The position numbers and the translations under genes are program-made. The notes under the pieces were generated by a model. The model made no database searches, had not been told where the DNA came from, and worked only from the letters and a program-made list of their open reading frames with translations. From an uncultured Gemmatimonadales bacterium (GTDB lineage: Bacteria; Gemmatimonadota; Gemmatimonadetes; Gemmatimonadales; GWC2-71-9), in the NCBI GenBank assembly GCA_963795085.1, contig CAWCFX010000006.1, positions 320,001 through 384,000 on the forward strand: DNA of 64,000 nucleotides. The letters are read 5' to 3'. The number at the start of each line of letters is the position of its first letter. Position 1 is the stretch's first letter. This document shows, piece after piece, positions 42,002-52,719 of the stretch.

Positions 42002-45000
42002 TTCTTCACCCTCACCGCACCAGATTCTCGACGGTCCGCCAGTTGTTCTCCCACCGCCGCGACCAGTTGGCCGGCGGTAAACGGCTTGGCCAGGAACGGC
42101 GAGCCTTCTGGCACCAGTCCCCGCATCACGATCTCGTCACCCGCATACCCGGATGTGTAGATCACCGACATCCCGGGATGGCTTGCGCGGAGTTGCTCGC
42201 TCAGCTGGCGTCCGTTCATGCGCGGCATGACCACATCGGTCAGCACCAGGGCCGGCCGGAGGCCTTCCTCGACCAGCCGGAGCGCCTCAGCTCCATCGGT
42301 GGCCGCCACTGCATGGTACCCCTCCATTTCGAGTGCCCGCACCGCCAGCAACCGCACGGCCGGTTCGTCTTCTACGATGAGCACGGTAGTCTGAGGCCGG
42401 GGCGGATGGGCGGCCGGCTCCGGTGCGCCGCCGCTTCCCTGCTCCCCGGCCCCGCTGGCCTCGGGCCAGTAGATCGTCACCGCGGTCCCCTTCCCTGGTT
42501 CGCTCCGGATCTGGATCTCGCCGCCGTGCTGCTTGACGATGCCGTACACCATGGAGAGACCCAGGCCGGTGCCCTGGCCCACCGCCTTGGTGGTATAGAA
42601 CGGCTCGAAGACGCGGGCCACCGTCTCGGAGGACATGCCGTGCCCGGTGTCGGTCACCCGGAGCATGACGTAGTTGCCCCGGGCCGCCGGCTCCCCACTC
42701 GCCGTCGGTTCGCCGCCGCTGAGGGCGACGTCGTCCACTTCGATCGTCACCTTGCCGCCGGTCTCCATGGCATCCCGCGCGTTGGCCACCAGGTTGATCA
42801 GCACCTGCTCGACCTGGGCCGGATCCACCATGGCCCGGCCGATGGAGTGCCGAGGCGGAATTTCCAGCGACTTGTCGCTTCCCAGGAGATGAGCCAGCAC
42901 CGGCCGGAGGTCGTTGGCCAGGCTGTGCAAGGCCACCACCCGGGGCTGCGACACCTGCCGGCGGGAGAACGCGAGCAGCTGCTGGGTGATCCGGGCCGCC
43001 CGTTCCCCCGCCTGGAGCACCAGCTGGAGGTCCGGGGCCTGGGGATGCTGCGAGCCCAGCGCCTGCAGCGCGAAGTTCGCGAACCCCAGCACGGCGGTCA
43101 TCTGGTTGTTGACCTCGTGGGCCACGCCGCCCGCCAGGGTGCCCACGGTCTGCAGCCGCTGGGCATCCCGCAGCTGGCGCTCCCGCCGGCGCTCTTCGGT
43201 GACATCCCAGAGAATGGCGACCCCGGCGGTGATCTCCCCATCGGCGCTCCGGACCGGCGCGGTGTTGGCGACCATTTCCCGCCGCCGCCCATCGGGAAAC
43301 TCGATCCGCAGCACGGCATTGGTCACCGTTTCGCCGCGGGTCAGCGCCCGGGTGAGGGGCCACTCCTCGACCGACAGCGGCTCCCCGTCCTGGGTCACCC
43401 TGAGCCGGCCGGAATCTCCCACTTTGCCGGCGGAAAGAAACTCGTCCCCCAGCACCTCGCCGGCCTTGGCGTTGGCGAAGAGCATCCGGCCGGAGGACGC
43501 CTCGGCAATGAGGATGGCCAGCGGGGATTGCTCCAGCACGGTGAGCAGACGGCTCCGCTCCAGGTCCCGGGCACTGGCCAGGTCCATGGCGGCCCGGCGG
43601 GCGATGACCAGTTCGGTCACGTCCACCCCGGAGACCAGGATCCCGGTGATGGCGCCCGTGGTGTCATGCATCGGGTGGTACACGAAATTGCAAAACCGCT
43701 CCTCGGGTGCCGCCCCCGGTGTGGCTTGCACCATCACCGGCAACTCATTCCCGACAAATGGCTCGCCGGTCTGGTACACCCGGTCCAACAGTTCGAAGAA
43801 CCCCTGGCCCGCGATCTCGGGAAGCGCCTCCCGGACCGGCAAACCCACCAGGTCGCGATTGGCGGTCACCCTGCCGTACGCCGGATTCACCAGGTCGAAG
43901 ACGTGCTCGGGCCCCCGCAGCACGGCGAGGAACGAGGGGGACAACGCAAAGACCCGTTCCAGCTGGTCCCGCTCCGCCCGCTCGGCCTCCCGCCGGCTGC
44001 GGGCCAGCGCCAGGTGGGAGCCTACCCGGGCCAGCAATTCCCGGCCGGTAAACGGCTTGATGAGATAGTCATCGGCCCCTTCGTCCAGCGCCGCCGAACT
44101 GGCCTCCTCTCCCGCGCGGGCGGAGAGCAGGATGACGGGGAGGGCGTGGGTTCGGGGGGCGCCCCGGAGAGCGCGGAGCAACCCGAACCCATCGAGGCGG
44201 GGCATCATGACGTCGGTCAGGACCAGGTCCGGCGGATCGGCAAGCGCCGACTGCAGGGCGGCTTCGCCATCGGCCACCGTCGTGACCCGCCAACGGGTGC
44301 CCAGCAGCCGGGCCACGTATTCCCGCATGTCGGTGTTGTCATCGGCCAGCAGGATGCGTGGCCTGTCCCCGTCCTGGCCGGCGATGGCGCGGTCGGCGGG
44401 CGGCTCCACGCTGCTGATTCCCTCCGGGAGCCACCGGCTGGCCTCTTCGAGGAACGAGGCCGCTCCGTTGCCGGATGGGGCCGAGGCCTCGCCCGCGGCG
44501 ATCCGCTCCGGGGGCAGATGTGCGCGGCCGCGGGGGAGCCGGATGGTGAAGGTGGTTCCGGATCCCAGCTGGCTGGCGACGCTGATCTCGCCACCCTGGA
44601 GTCGCACCAGTTCCTGCACCAGGGCCAGGCCGATGCCGGTGCCCTCCTGGGTTCGGCCCTGCGCCCCCTTGACCCGGTGAAATCGTTCGAACACGTGGGG
44701 AAGGTCCGCGGGGGGAATGCCGGTGCCGGTATCCGCCACCGTAACGACCACGTTGTTGCCTTCGGTCCGCAGCGAGACCGTGATGGACCCCGCCAGCGTG
44801 AACTTGAAGGCATTGGAGATCAGGTTCAGGATCACCTTCTCCCACATGTCGCGGTCCACGAACACCGGCTCGGGGAGGGGATCGGCCGCCACCACCAGCG
44901 AGAGCCCGGCCCGTTCAATGGCCGAGCGGAACGTGCTGGCCAGGTCGGCGGTGACGGCCGCGAGGTCGGTCGGCTGGTAGGTGCCCTCGATCCGGCCGGC

Positions 45001-46258
45001 CTCGATGCGGGAGAAATCGAGCAGGGTGTTGACCAGGCGGAGCAGCCGGAGCCCGTTGCGGTGGGCCATCTCGAGCCGCTCCCGGTGCGCGGCGCCCAGG
45101 GGCACCGCCGTATCGGCCAGGGCATCCTCGACGGGTGCGAGCAGCAGGGTGAGCGGGGTCCGGAACTCGTGGGAAACATTGGAAAAGAAGATGGTCTTGG
45201 CCTGGTCCAGTTCGGCCAGGGCCTGGGCGCGGCGCCGTTCCGCTTCATAGGCTTCGGCATTCGCCACCGCCGTAGCGATATGGCCGGCGGCCAGCTGCAG
45301 GAAGCCGCGATAGTTATCGTCCAGCGCGCGCCGGGAGCTGATGCCCGACACCAGGAACCCGGCCGGCTTCTCCTGCCCGGAGCCGCTGATGGGCAGCACC
45401 ATCGCCTGGTGGGGAGGATCAGGCCACGGACCCCCCGGCAGGCCGGGCTGGACGGAAGGCGGCAATTCCACGACCCGGCTGGCCAGGTCGGCCGCCACCG
45501 CGGCCAGCGGCCAGGGGTTGTCCGGGTTCTGCAGGCCGATGGACGCCCAGGCCGCCGGCGGCTCGGCTGGAGAACCCCACCGATTCGACCAGCTGCACCT
45601 GCTCGCCCGAGTCATCGAACAGATAGAGGAGCGCGAACGGTATATCGGACGGATTCCGGCCCAGGGCCGCCGCCGCCAGCTCGCAGGCCTCCGGTACGGT
45701 CCGGGCCAGGCTGGTGTTGGCGCCCAGTTCCCTGAGGGTCAGCAGCCGCCGCTCGGCCAGCACCCGCTCGGTCGTCTCGGTGCAGGTCACCAGCACACCG
45801 CCGACCACGCCTCCTTCGGCCGGAATGGCGCTGTAGGAGAAGATGAAATAACACTCTTCGACGTAGCCGTTGCGGTCCAGCGGCAGGTGCTGGTCTTCCC
45901 GGGTGGTAGCCTCGCCAAGGCTCATCACCCGGTCGAACATGGGCCCGATGAAGTCCCAGATCTCCGCGAAGGTGGCCCGGGTACTGATACCCAGCGCGGC
46001 CGGGTGCTTGGTGGTACCCAGGATGGGGCGATAGCCGTCATTGTAGATCTGGATGTACTCGGGTCCCCAGGCGATGTACATGGGGAAGCCGGTCGCGAGC
46101 AGTACGCCGACGGCGGTGCGGAGGCTCTGGGGCCAGGATTCAACCGGGCCCAGGGGGGTGGCAGCCCAGTCGTGGGCTCGGATCAGCGCCCCCATGGCGC
46201 CGCCGCCGGCCAGCATCGGGGTGGCGGGTTGCGGAGGCCGGGGACGGTCAGGGGGCAT
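41983..46258 (-). pseudogene. Large double hybrid kinase (PAS-like/GAF-HK-REC-PAS-PAS-HK-REC) with a frameshift near 45570
   Basis: N-terminal ORF (DWAATPLGPVESWPQSL) and C-terminal ORF (SHEFRTPL; AHEVNNQ; two receivers) join by a frame change inside the GAF region. Confidence 0.85.
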
Positions 46259-46403
46259 GCGAGTCCAGGGAAGCCGGGGAATCGGTGACGACCTGCGCCA
46301 CCCCAACCTAACGCCAGCCGCCGCGGGCACTCAAGTGATCGGGTGATGGCGCATCCGGGCTTGATTCCGGGGGCGCTCGGGGCGACATTCCCACCCCGAA
46401 TTG

Positions 46404-46477
46404 GGGTCCGTAGCTCAGCTGGATAGAGCGCTTGCCTCCGGAGCAAGAGGTCGCGCGTTCGAATCGCGCCGGGCCCA
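46404..46477 (+). tRNA. tRNA-Arg(CCG)
   Basis: Cloverleaf, anticodon CCG. Confidence 0.96.
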
Positions 46478-46497
46478 TGTGCGGCAAGGGGGCAAGA

Positions 46498-46634
46498 GGG
46501 TCAGTGGGTCAGTGGGTCAGTGGGTCAGTGGGTCAGTGGGTCAAGTGGGTCAGTGGGTCAGTGGGTCAGTGGGTCAGTGGGTCAGTGGGTCAGTGGGTCA
46601 GTGGGTCAGTGGGTCAGTGGGTCAGTGGGTCAGT
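46498..46634 (+). repeat. Tandem octamer (GGGTCAGT)x17
   Basis: 17 units; unit 6 carries a 1-nt insertion. Confidence 0.97.
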
Positions 46635-46722
46635 GCGAAGGTAGTGCCCCGGGGAGCTCCGCTCGTCGGGGCATCTTGCCTTCTGCCCGCTCCGATTCCG
46701 CTGTCGGGGAACGAAACCGCGC

Positions 46723-46932
46723 TCACGGCCCCTCGAGAACCAGAAGAAGCACCAGCAGCGCGCTAAAGGCACCGACGACAAGCAGCAGCACCTTCCCCGC
46801 GTGCAGGCCTGAGGACAGGTTGACGCCGTCTTTCGGCGCCGACCCGTTCCCGCCCACCTGATTCACGGCGGAAGTGGCTGCCCGAGTCGTCACTGCCGGC
46901 CGCGCGGCCGGCACGCAGGAGGCCACAAGCAT
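46723..46932 (-). CDS. Possible small membrane protein or lipoprotein
   Basis: VASC and a C-terminal hydrophobic helix; start uncertain. Confidence 0.3.
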   Translation of the reverse strand: MLVASCVPAARPAVTTRAATSAVNQVGGNGSAPKDGVNLSSGLHAGKVLLLVVGAFSALLVLLLVLEGP

Positions 46933-46949
46933 AGCCAGGAGAAGAAGTC

Positions 46950-47300
46950 TCAGAACGCGCTTCCGATCAGCGCCCCCAGCCCGCCGCCCACCGCGCCTCC
47001 GATCAGCACCAGCCGTAACGGCGAATCGCTGCACTGGTTGTCCACCGCCTCGCAGAAGACATCGTACAGGAGCCATCCCGCCACGGCCCCGATGGCGGTC
47101 CCGATGACGAGTCCGGTTATGGTGGGCCTGCTGATATCGCCTCGTCCGGCGGCAACATCCTCACCGGGGACGGAGCCGCCGCGCGGAGCCTCCCAGTGGG
47201 ACACCGCCGCCATGCGGGGAAACCCGGCCATCGCCGCCTGACCCAGGAGCGGCTGCGAAACACAAAGGAGGGAGAGCAGCGCGACGGGAATTGTCCTCAT
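46950..47300 (-). CDS. Small secreted/membrane protein with glycine-zipper helices
   Basis: Signal peptide; GxxxG-rich helices flanking C-x5-C; GAGGA upstream. Confidence 0.6.
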   Translation of the reverse strand: MRTIPVALLSLLCVSQPLLGQAAMAGFPRMAAVSHWEAPRGGSVPGEDVAAGRGDISRPTITGLVIGTAIGAVAGWLLYDVFCEAVDNQCSDSPLRLVLIGGAVGGGLGALIGSAF

Positions 47301-47442
47301 GGAGTCCTCGCTCGGGGGAAAGGCCTGGACTGAATCGTACGGCGGCCGGGATCGTGCGGCCACTCCGGCCGCCCGGAGCGTGATCTACTGTCTGCTCGTG
47401 ACCCCGCCGTGACCGCAGGCGGCCGGTGTAGATTGAAACGCG

Positions 47443-49308
47443 ATGCCCGCCCCCGACCCCCCGACTCCGCCGCCTCGCGCCCGCTTCTGGAAGCAGCTGG
47501 GCGGCATGCGCCGCGGCGCCCGCCGCATGGTCCGGGTCCCCACCACCGCCGCCATCGGTACCTGGCACGGCCTGGTGGACCGGTTCAACGGCTTCGGCTT
47601 CAGCGAAAATTCGATTCTCCTGGGGTTCGGGGTCGCGGTGGGCGTGGGCGGCGCGCTCGGGGTCGTCGCCTTCTACAAGCTCATCGACCTGGCCTTCGCG
47701 GTCTTCTACCGCTGGCCGGAAAGCCGCCTCTTCTCCCGCACCGACCTGCTCGCCTACCGGCCGCTCCTGACCGGCGCCGGCCTCTTCACCGCCTGGCTGT
47801 TGATGAAACGCCTGGGTCGAGGCCACGACGGGATGACCGTCCCCGACGTGCAGCTCGCCGTGGCCCGGCGGAACGGCGACCTCCCGGCCCAGCCCGCCCT
47901 GGCGCGCACCGCCGCCAGCGCGATCACTATCGGCAGCGGTGGCTCCGCCGGCAGCGAAGGGCCGGTTGCCGTGCTGGGCGCCGCCATCGGCTCCTGGCTG
48001 GGCCGGGCCTTTCACTTCGAAGGCGGCCGCACCAAGGTCCTGGTCGGCGCCGGCACCGCCGCCGGGATCTCGGCCGCCTTCAATGCACCCCTCGCCGGCG
48101 CCTTCTTCGCGCTGGAAGAGATCATGGGCAACTTCTCCGCCCGCGCCTTCCCCGCAGTCGTGGTGAGCAGCGTCGTGGCGGCGGTGGTCTCCCGCGCCTT
48201 CTTCGGCAACCATCCCGCGTTTCCGATTCCCGACGAGTACGGCTACACCCTGGTCCGCGAAGTGGCCGTCTTCTATCCCCTCCTCGGCGTCGTCGCCGGC
48301 GTGGTCTCGGCCCTGTTCGTCCGGGTCTACTTCCGGTCCGGCGAGTGGATCGAGCGGCTGCGCCTGCCCCCTGCCCTGGTGCCCTGGCTGGGCGGCATCC
48401 TGGTCGGGGTCCTGGTGTACGTCTCCGGCGGGATCCTGGTGGGATACGGCCACCTCGCGGTCCACCTGGAGGTATTCGGGCGGATGGCCTGGTGGGCATT
48501 GGGGCTGCTGGCGCTCGGCAAGATCGCGGCGACCGCGCTGACCCTCAACAGCGGCGGCTCGGGCGGGGTGTTCACCCCCTCCATGTACATCGGGGCGGCC
48601 ACCGGCGGCGCGTTCGGGGTGGCGCTCACCCAGCTGTTCCCGTCCCTCAATCTCCGACCCGAAGCCTATGCCCTGGTCGGCATGGGGGCCCTGATTGCGG
48701 GGGCCACCAACGCCCCGATCACCGGCATCCTGATCGTCTTCGAGATGACCAATGACTACGCCATCGTCCTTCCCCTGATGCTGACGACGGTGATCGCCCA
48801 CTTCGTGGCCCGCCGGCTCGAGCCGGATTCGCTCTACAGCGGCTGGTTGCGCCGCCGGGGCGAGCACCTGCAGCATGGCACCGACCAGGACGTGCTGCGG
48901 GCGCTGCGGGTGAAGGACGCCTTTCAGCGCGATCCGGTCGTCTTCCGGGCCGGTGACACGGTCGCCACCATGCTGGGCCAGCTGGGCTCCGCCGACCAGG
49001 CGACCTTTCCAGTGGTGGATGCCGAGGGAACCCTGCTGGGAATGGTGACGACGCCGGACCTGGGAAGAATCGCGCGGGACCAGCATGAGCTGACCGGTGT
49101 ATTGCTCGCGGTGGATGTGGCCACGCCGACCGAGACGGTGACGCCGGAAGACGACCTGCTGGAGACCATCCGGCGGCTGGGTGTCCGCGGCGCCACGGCG
49201 CTGCCCGTCGTGGATGCCGGCACGGGACGGTTCGTGGGGGTGGTCACCCGGTCCCACATCCTTCGCATCTACGAGCGGGCGCTGACCGGGGCGAGTGCGA
49301 TTCGTTAG
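47443..49308 (+). CDS. ClC chloride channel/antiporter with tandem CBS domains
   Basis: GSAGSEGP, FNAPLAG, GGVFTP, C-terminal CBS pair. Confidence 0.93.
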   Translation: MPAPDPPTPPPRARFWKQLGGMRRGARRMVRVPTTAAIGTWHGLVDRFNGFGFSENSILLGFGVAVGVGGALGVVAFYKLIDLAFAVFYRWPESRLFSRTDLLAYRPLLTGAGLFTAWLLMKRLGRGHDGMTVPDVQLAVARRNGDLPAQPALARTAASAITIGSGGSAGSEGPVAVLGAAIGSWLGRAFHFEGGRTKVLVGAGTAAGISAAFNAPLAGAFFALEEIMGNFSARAFPAVVVSSVVAAVVSRAFFGNHPAFPIPDEYGYTLVREVAVFYPLLGVVAGVVSALFVRVYFRSGEWIERLRLPPALVPWLGGILVGVLVYVSGGILVGYGHLAVHLEVFGRMAWWALGLLALGKIAATALTLNSGGSGGVFTPSMYIGAATGGAFGVALTQLFPSLNLRPEAYALVGMGALIAGATNAPITGILIVFEMTNDYAIVLPLMLTTVIAHFVARRLEPDSLYSGWLRRRGEHLQHGTDQDVLRALRVKDAFQRDPVVFRAGDTVATMLGQLGSADQATFPVVDAEGTLLGMVTTPDLGRIARDQHELTGVLLAVDVATPTETVTPEDDLLETIRRLGVRGATALPVVDAGTGRFVGVVTRSHILRIYERALTGASAIR

Positions 49309-49322
49309 CCGAGAGGATCCGT

Positions 49323-49799
49323 ATGCAACTCTTTGAAAGCTGGTCCAGCATGGGATTTACCCTGCTGGCGGGCAGCATCGCTTACGCAGCACTGGTCATC
49401 TTTCTCCGGGTATCGGGCAAGCGTACCCTGGCCAAGCTCAATGCCTTCGACCTGGTCGTGACCATGGCGCTGGGATCGACCCTGGCCTCGATCCTCACCT
49501 CCGACACCCTTCCCCTCGCCAATGGCATTCTCGCCCTGGCCGTCCTGATCGGCATGCAGTACGGCGTTGCCTGGCTCGGCGTGCGGGCGGAGTGGTTCCG
49601 CCGGCTGGTGCAGAGCGATCCAACGGTGCTGGTGAAAGACGGGCGGTTGCTGGAAGGAGCCCTGCGGAGCGCCCGGATCGGGCCCGAGGAGGTGCGGGCG
49701 GCGGTCCGGCAGGCGGGAATGGCCGACGTCTCCTCGGCTGAACGTGTCGTCCTCGAGACTGACGGATCGCTGAGCGTGGTCCGGGGCCGCCAGGCCTGA
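49323..49799 (+). CDS. DUF421 (YetF-like) membrane protein
   Basis: SGKRTLAKLNAFD; VLETDGSLSV. Confidence 0.9.
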   Translation: MQLFESWSSMGFTLLAGSIAYAALVIFLRVSGKRTLAKLNAFDLVVTMALGSTLASILTSDTLPLANGILALAVLIGMQYGVAWLGVRAEWFRRLVQSDPTVLVKDGRLLEGALRSARIGPEEVRAAVRQAGMADVSSAERVVLETDGSLSVVRGRQA

Positions 49800-49804
49800 T
49801 GGAC

Positions 49805-50065
49805 CTACTTCCCTTTTAGCACCATCCATCGGTCCACCGCGGCGTCCACTCGGGCCATGCGATGGGAATAGTCCTCTCCGGGTTCGAACTCGACGGGGAT
49901 ATCCTCGCCGTGGTTGACCTGGATGAGAAACCGGTAGGGCCCGGTGGTGGGGAGGGAGGCGGCCACCGCGCGGTGCGCCGCCATTTCTCCGATACGGGCG
50001 GTCACCCGCAGGCCCTTGAGATCCAGCCCACCGGAGAAAAACGCCAGGAACTCCTTGTCGGTCAT
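49805..50065 (-). CDS. Hypothetical protein
   Basis: Short ORF with coding-like composition downstream of the OCD-family gene. Confidence 0.5.
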   Translation of the reverse strand: MTDKEFLAFFSGGLDLKGLRVTARIGEMAAHRAVAASLPTTGPYRFLIQVNHGEDIPVEFEPGEDYSHRMARVDAAVDRWMVLKGK

Positions 50066-50150
50066 GCCATACAGCCGGGTCAATGGGGAACATGGCCTGC
50101 ACCAGCCAGCAACCGACGGCGCGCCTGCCGGCTCGGCAATCGGGAGAGCC

Positions 50151-51149
50151 CTAAAGGGTAATCGCCTCGCCGCCCAGAGCCACCTCGGTGCCCAAACCCA
50201 TCTCTCCCGCCTTCTCACAGGCATAGCGGGCCGCCGCGATATCCTCAACCGCAATCCCCTGGGACTTGAACAACGTCACGTCCCCGGTTGACCGCCGCCA
50301 CGGGCGGGCTCCACCGGCGATCTCGCCCAGTTCAGCCTCGATATGGCCGGCGGTGATGATCCCTTCCCGAATCGGGATAATGATGTCGCCCGCTTCGTTG
50401 AGCGCAGATTCCCTCAGGTCCACGAACAGCCGGGCCCGGGCCACCAGGGCAGAATCCACCTCCCGATGGCGGGGTATGCTGGAGCCGACCACGTTGAGAT
50501 GGGCACCCTCGGCTACCCACCCGCTTTCGAGGATCGGGTCCCGGGCTGCCGTCGTAGTGCACACAATATCGGCGCCGGCCACCGCCTCCTGGACGGTGCC
50601 GCAACATTCGGCCCGCAGGCCGAACCGGGTTCCGATGATGCCGGCGAGGCGCTCCGCCCGCTCCGCCGTACGATTCCACAACCGAAGCCGGCGAATCGGA
50701 CGCACCGCCAGCATCGCCTCGGCATGGGCCAGGGCCTGGGTGCCGGCTCCCAGAATCGCCAGGTCTCCGGCACCGGCGGGCGCCAGCAGGTCGGTGGCCA
50801 ATCCGGAGACGGCGGCGGTCCGGATGGCGGTGATGGCGGTGGCGTCGAGGACGGCGAGCAGCGTCCCCCGCTCCTCTTCGAAGAGGAGCACGGCGCCCTG
50901 GTGGGAATCCAGCTTCGTCCCCGCATTGGCGGCGAAGATGGTGAGCACCTTGATGCCCAGCGCGCGCGCCGGCCCCAGGTACCCCGGCATGAGCGCGAGA
51001 ATACCTCGGCGGGAAGGGGTGGCAATGTGGGTGCGGAGCGGTTGCACCGCGTCCCCGCGCGCCAGCGCCGCGAGCGTGTCGCGCATCAGCTGGATGCAGG
51101 GGCCCATGGGCAGGGCCCGCACCACGTCCGCCTGAGAGAGAACGATCAC
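50151..51149 (-). CDS. Ornithine cyclodeaminase/mu-crystallin family protein
   Basis: TAIRTAAVS, GAGTQA, FKSQGIAVED. Confidence 0.92.
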   Translation of the reverse strand: MIVLSQADVVRALPMGPCIQLMRDTLAALARGDAVQPLRTHIATPSRRGILALMPGYLGPARALGIKVLTIFAANAGTKLDSHQGAVLLFEEERGTLLAVLDATAITAIRTAAVSGLATDLLAPAGAGDLAILGAGTQALAHAEAMLAVRPIRRLRLWNRTAERAERLAGIIGTRFGLRAECCGTVQEAVAGADIVCTTTAARDPILESGWVAEGAHLNVVGSSIPRHREVDSALVARARLFVDLRESALNEAGDIIIPIREGIITAGHIEAELGEIAGGARPWRRSTGDVTLFKSQGIAVEDIAAARYACEKAGEMGLGTEVALGGEAITL

Positions 51150-51415
51150 ACGGGGGTGTCACCGGTGCCGGTAAAACGAACCAGCAACTGGCTGGCCCGG
51201 GTGTCCACCGTCACCCGCTCCACCGCGATCGGGAAGGTCCGGCCGTCTTCCAGTTCCAGCGTCAGCCGGTCGCCAGGCAGGACGGCCGTGTCGGACGTGA
51301 GGCGCACTTCCCCCCACCACCCGTCGAGACCGTCTTCCCGCCGCTGGTCCGGAGCCAGGCTGACCGCCACCCCGGCCGCGATTGTGTCCGTGAGATGAAA
51401 AATCTTGCCAATCAT
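51146..51415 (-). CDS. Hypothetical small beta-rich protein
   Basis: GTGA overlap with OCD-family gene. Confidence 0.6.
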   Translation of the reverse strand: MIGKIFHLTDTIAAGVAVSLAPDQRREDGLDGWWGEVRLTSDTAVLPGDRLTLELEDGRTFPIAVERVTVDTRASQLLVRFTGTGDTPV

Positions 51416-51552
51416 GAATCAGGTCCCGGGTAACTGGACGGGCTCTGGCAGAGTTCACCCGCCGCAAGACCAGCTTACTTAATCGCGGCCGGGAAAAAAT
51501 GCGAGGGCCGGGCCCTCATTGAACGGACGGCTGGGTCGCCTATCTTTCGGGG

Positions 51553-52698
51553 ATGCCCCTTCAATCCCGGGTTCACCCGATCCGGCGCACGGCGCTGGTG
51601 CTCGCGCTGGCCAGTATCGTAACCGGTTCAGGCCTGTCTGCGCAGTCGGGGCTGGACCGGCTGGTGCCGCCGAGCCCGACGCCCGCAGGGTTCATCCACG
51701 ATGGAGGCCCGGTGCTCTCCGCGGCCGACCTTTCCGGTCTCAACGCCCAGGTTACCGCTCACCAGGCGGCCGGGCGAGGCGACATCGGAGTCGCCATTCT
51801 CCGGGACATCGGCGACTACCCGCCCTACGAGGTCGGTCTCGCGATCTACCGCAGCTGGCGGATCGGCTCGGTGGATTCGATCGGATCGGCGAGGCGGGAC
51901 CTGGGCGCCCTGCTACTCGTCGTGCCCAAGGAGCTGGCCCCCGACGGAAAAGGCCAATGCTGGATCACGACCGGGCTCGGCGCCGAGGCCTACCTTACGG
52001 ACGCGGAAGCGGGCGCCATCTGCCGGGAAGCGATCATTCCCCGGCTCCGGGAGCAGGATTATGCCGGGGCGGTTCGCGCCGGTATTGATGAGATCGGCGA
52101 GCGGCTGTCCGGGCTGCCGCCGGGATCGGTCGCCTCCACCTCCGGCCAACCCGGCCCATCCGGCGGGGTGCCGGGCGGCCTGATCGCGCTCCTGTCGGTG
52201 GGGGGCGCGGGTGCCGGCGCCGTCGCGCTGGTGCGCCGCAAGCGGCGCAAACCCCGGCTCTGCCCCAACGGCCACGGCCGCATGACCCGGCTGTCCGAGT
52301 CCAGTGATGATGCCGCGCTGGCCGCCGGCCAGTTGCTGGAGGAACAGATCAAGTCGGTGGACTACGACGTGTGGGAATGCCCGGTGTGCCGGGAGCGGCT
52401 GGTGCTGCGGTACAAGCGCTGGTTCACCAGCTACAGCGAATGTCCCCAGTGCAAGTTCTGGACGGTCAAGAGCACAAACCGCACGGTGGTTCCCGCCACC
52501 CGGCTGGCCGGTGGTCTCGCGGAGGTCACCCGCCGGTGCCGGCAGTGTAAGTTCGAAGATGTCCGCCAGCATGCCACCCCGCGGATCACCTCGTCCAGTT
52601 CCTCCTCGGGGTCGGGCGGTGGTTCGTCGTCCTCCGGCGGCAGTTCTTTTGGCGGGTCGGGCAGTTCGGCGGGCGGCGGCGGCGGTTCGTCATATTGA
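51553..52698 (+). CDS. TPM domain protein with C-terminal zinc ribbons and Ser/Gly tail
   Basis: TPM motifs (TGLGAE), TM helix, CPNGH/CPVC/CPQC/CRQC. Confidence 0.85.
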   Translation: MPLQSRVHPIRRTALVLALASIVTGSGLSAQSGLDRLVPPSPTPAGFIHDGGPVLSAADLSGLNAQVTAHQAAGRGDIGVAILRDIGDYPPYEVGLAIYRSWRIGSVDSIGSARRDLGALLLVVPKELAPDGKGQCWITTGLGAEAYLTDAEAGAICREAIIPRLREQDYAGAVRAGIDEIGERLSGLPPGSVASTSGQPGPSGGVPGGLIALLSVGGAGAGAVALVRRKRRKPRLCPNGHGRMTRLSESSDDAALAAGQLLEEQIKSVDYDVWECPVCRERLVLRYKRWFTSYSECPQCKFWTVKSTNRTVVPATRLAGGLAEVTRRCRQCKFEDVRQHATPRITSSSSSSGSGGGSSSSGGSSFGGSGSSAGGGGGSSY

Positions 52699-52719
52699 CA
52701 TGGAAAGGATGCAACCCCG

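Noticed and set aside
41956..45735. 1259-aa plus-strand ORF
   Set aside because: Antisense shadow of the hybrid kinase; no motifs; long shadows are expected at this GC content
38407..46403. Prophage or integrative element at the tRNAs
   Set aside because: No integrase, phage gene or duplicated att sequence seen
46498..46634. Possible CRISPR array or repeat-peptide ORFs (VGQWVSGS)n
   Set aside because: No spacers or cas genes; the ORFs are translations of an 8-mer repeat
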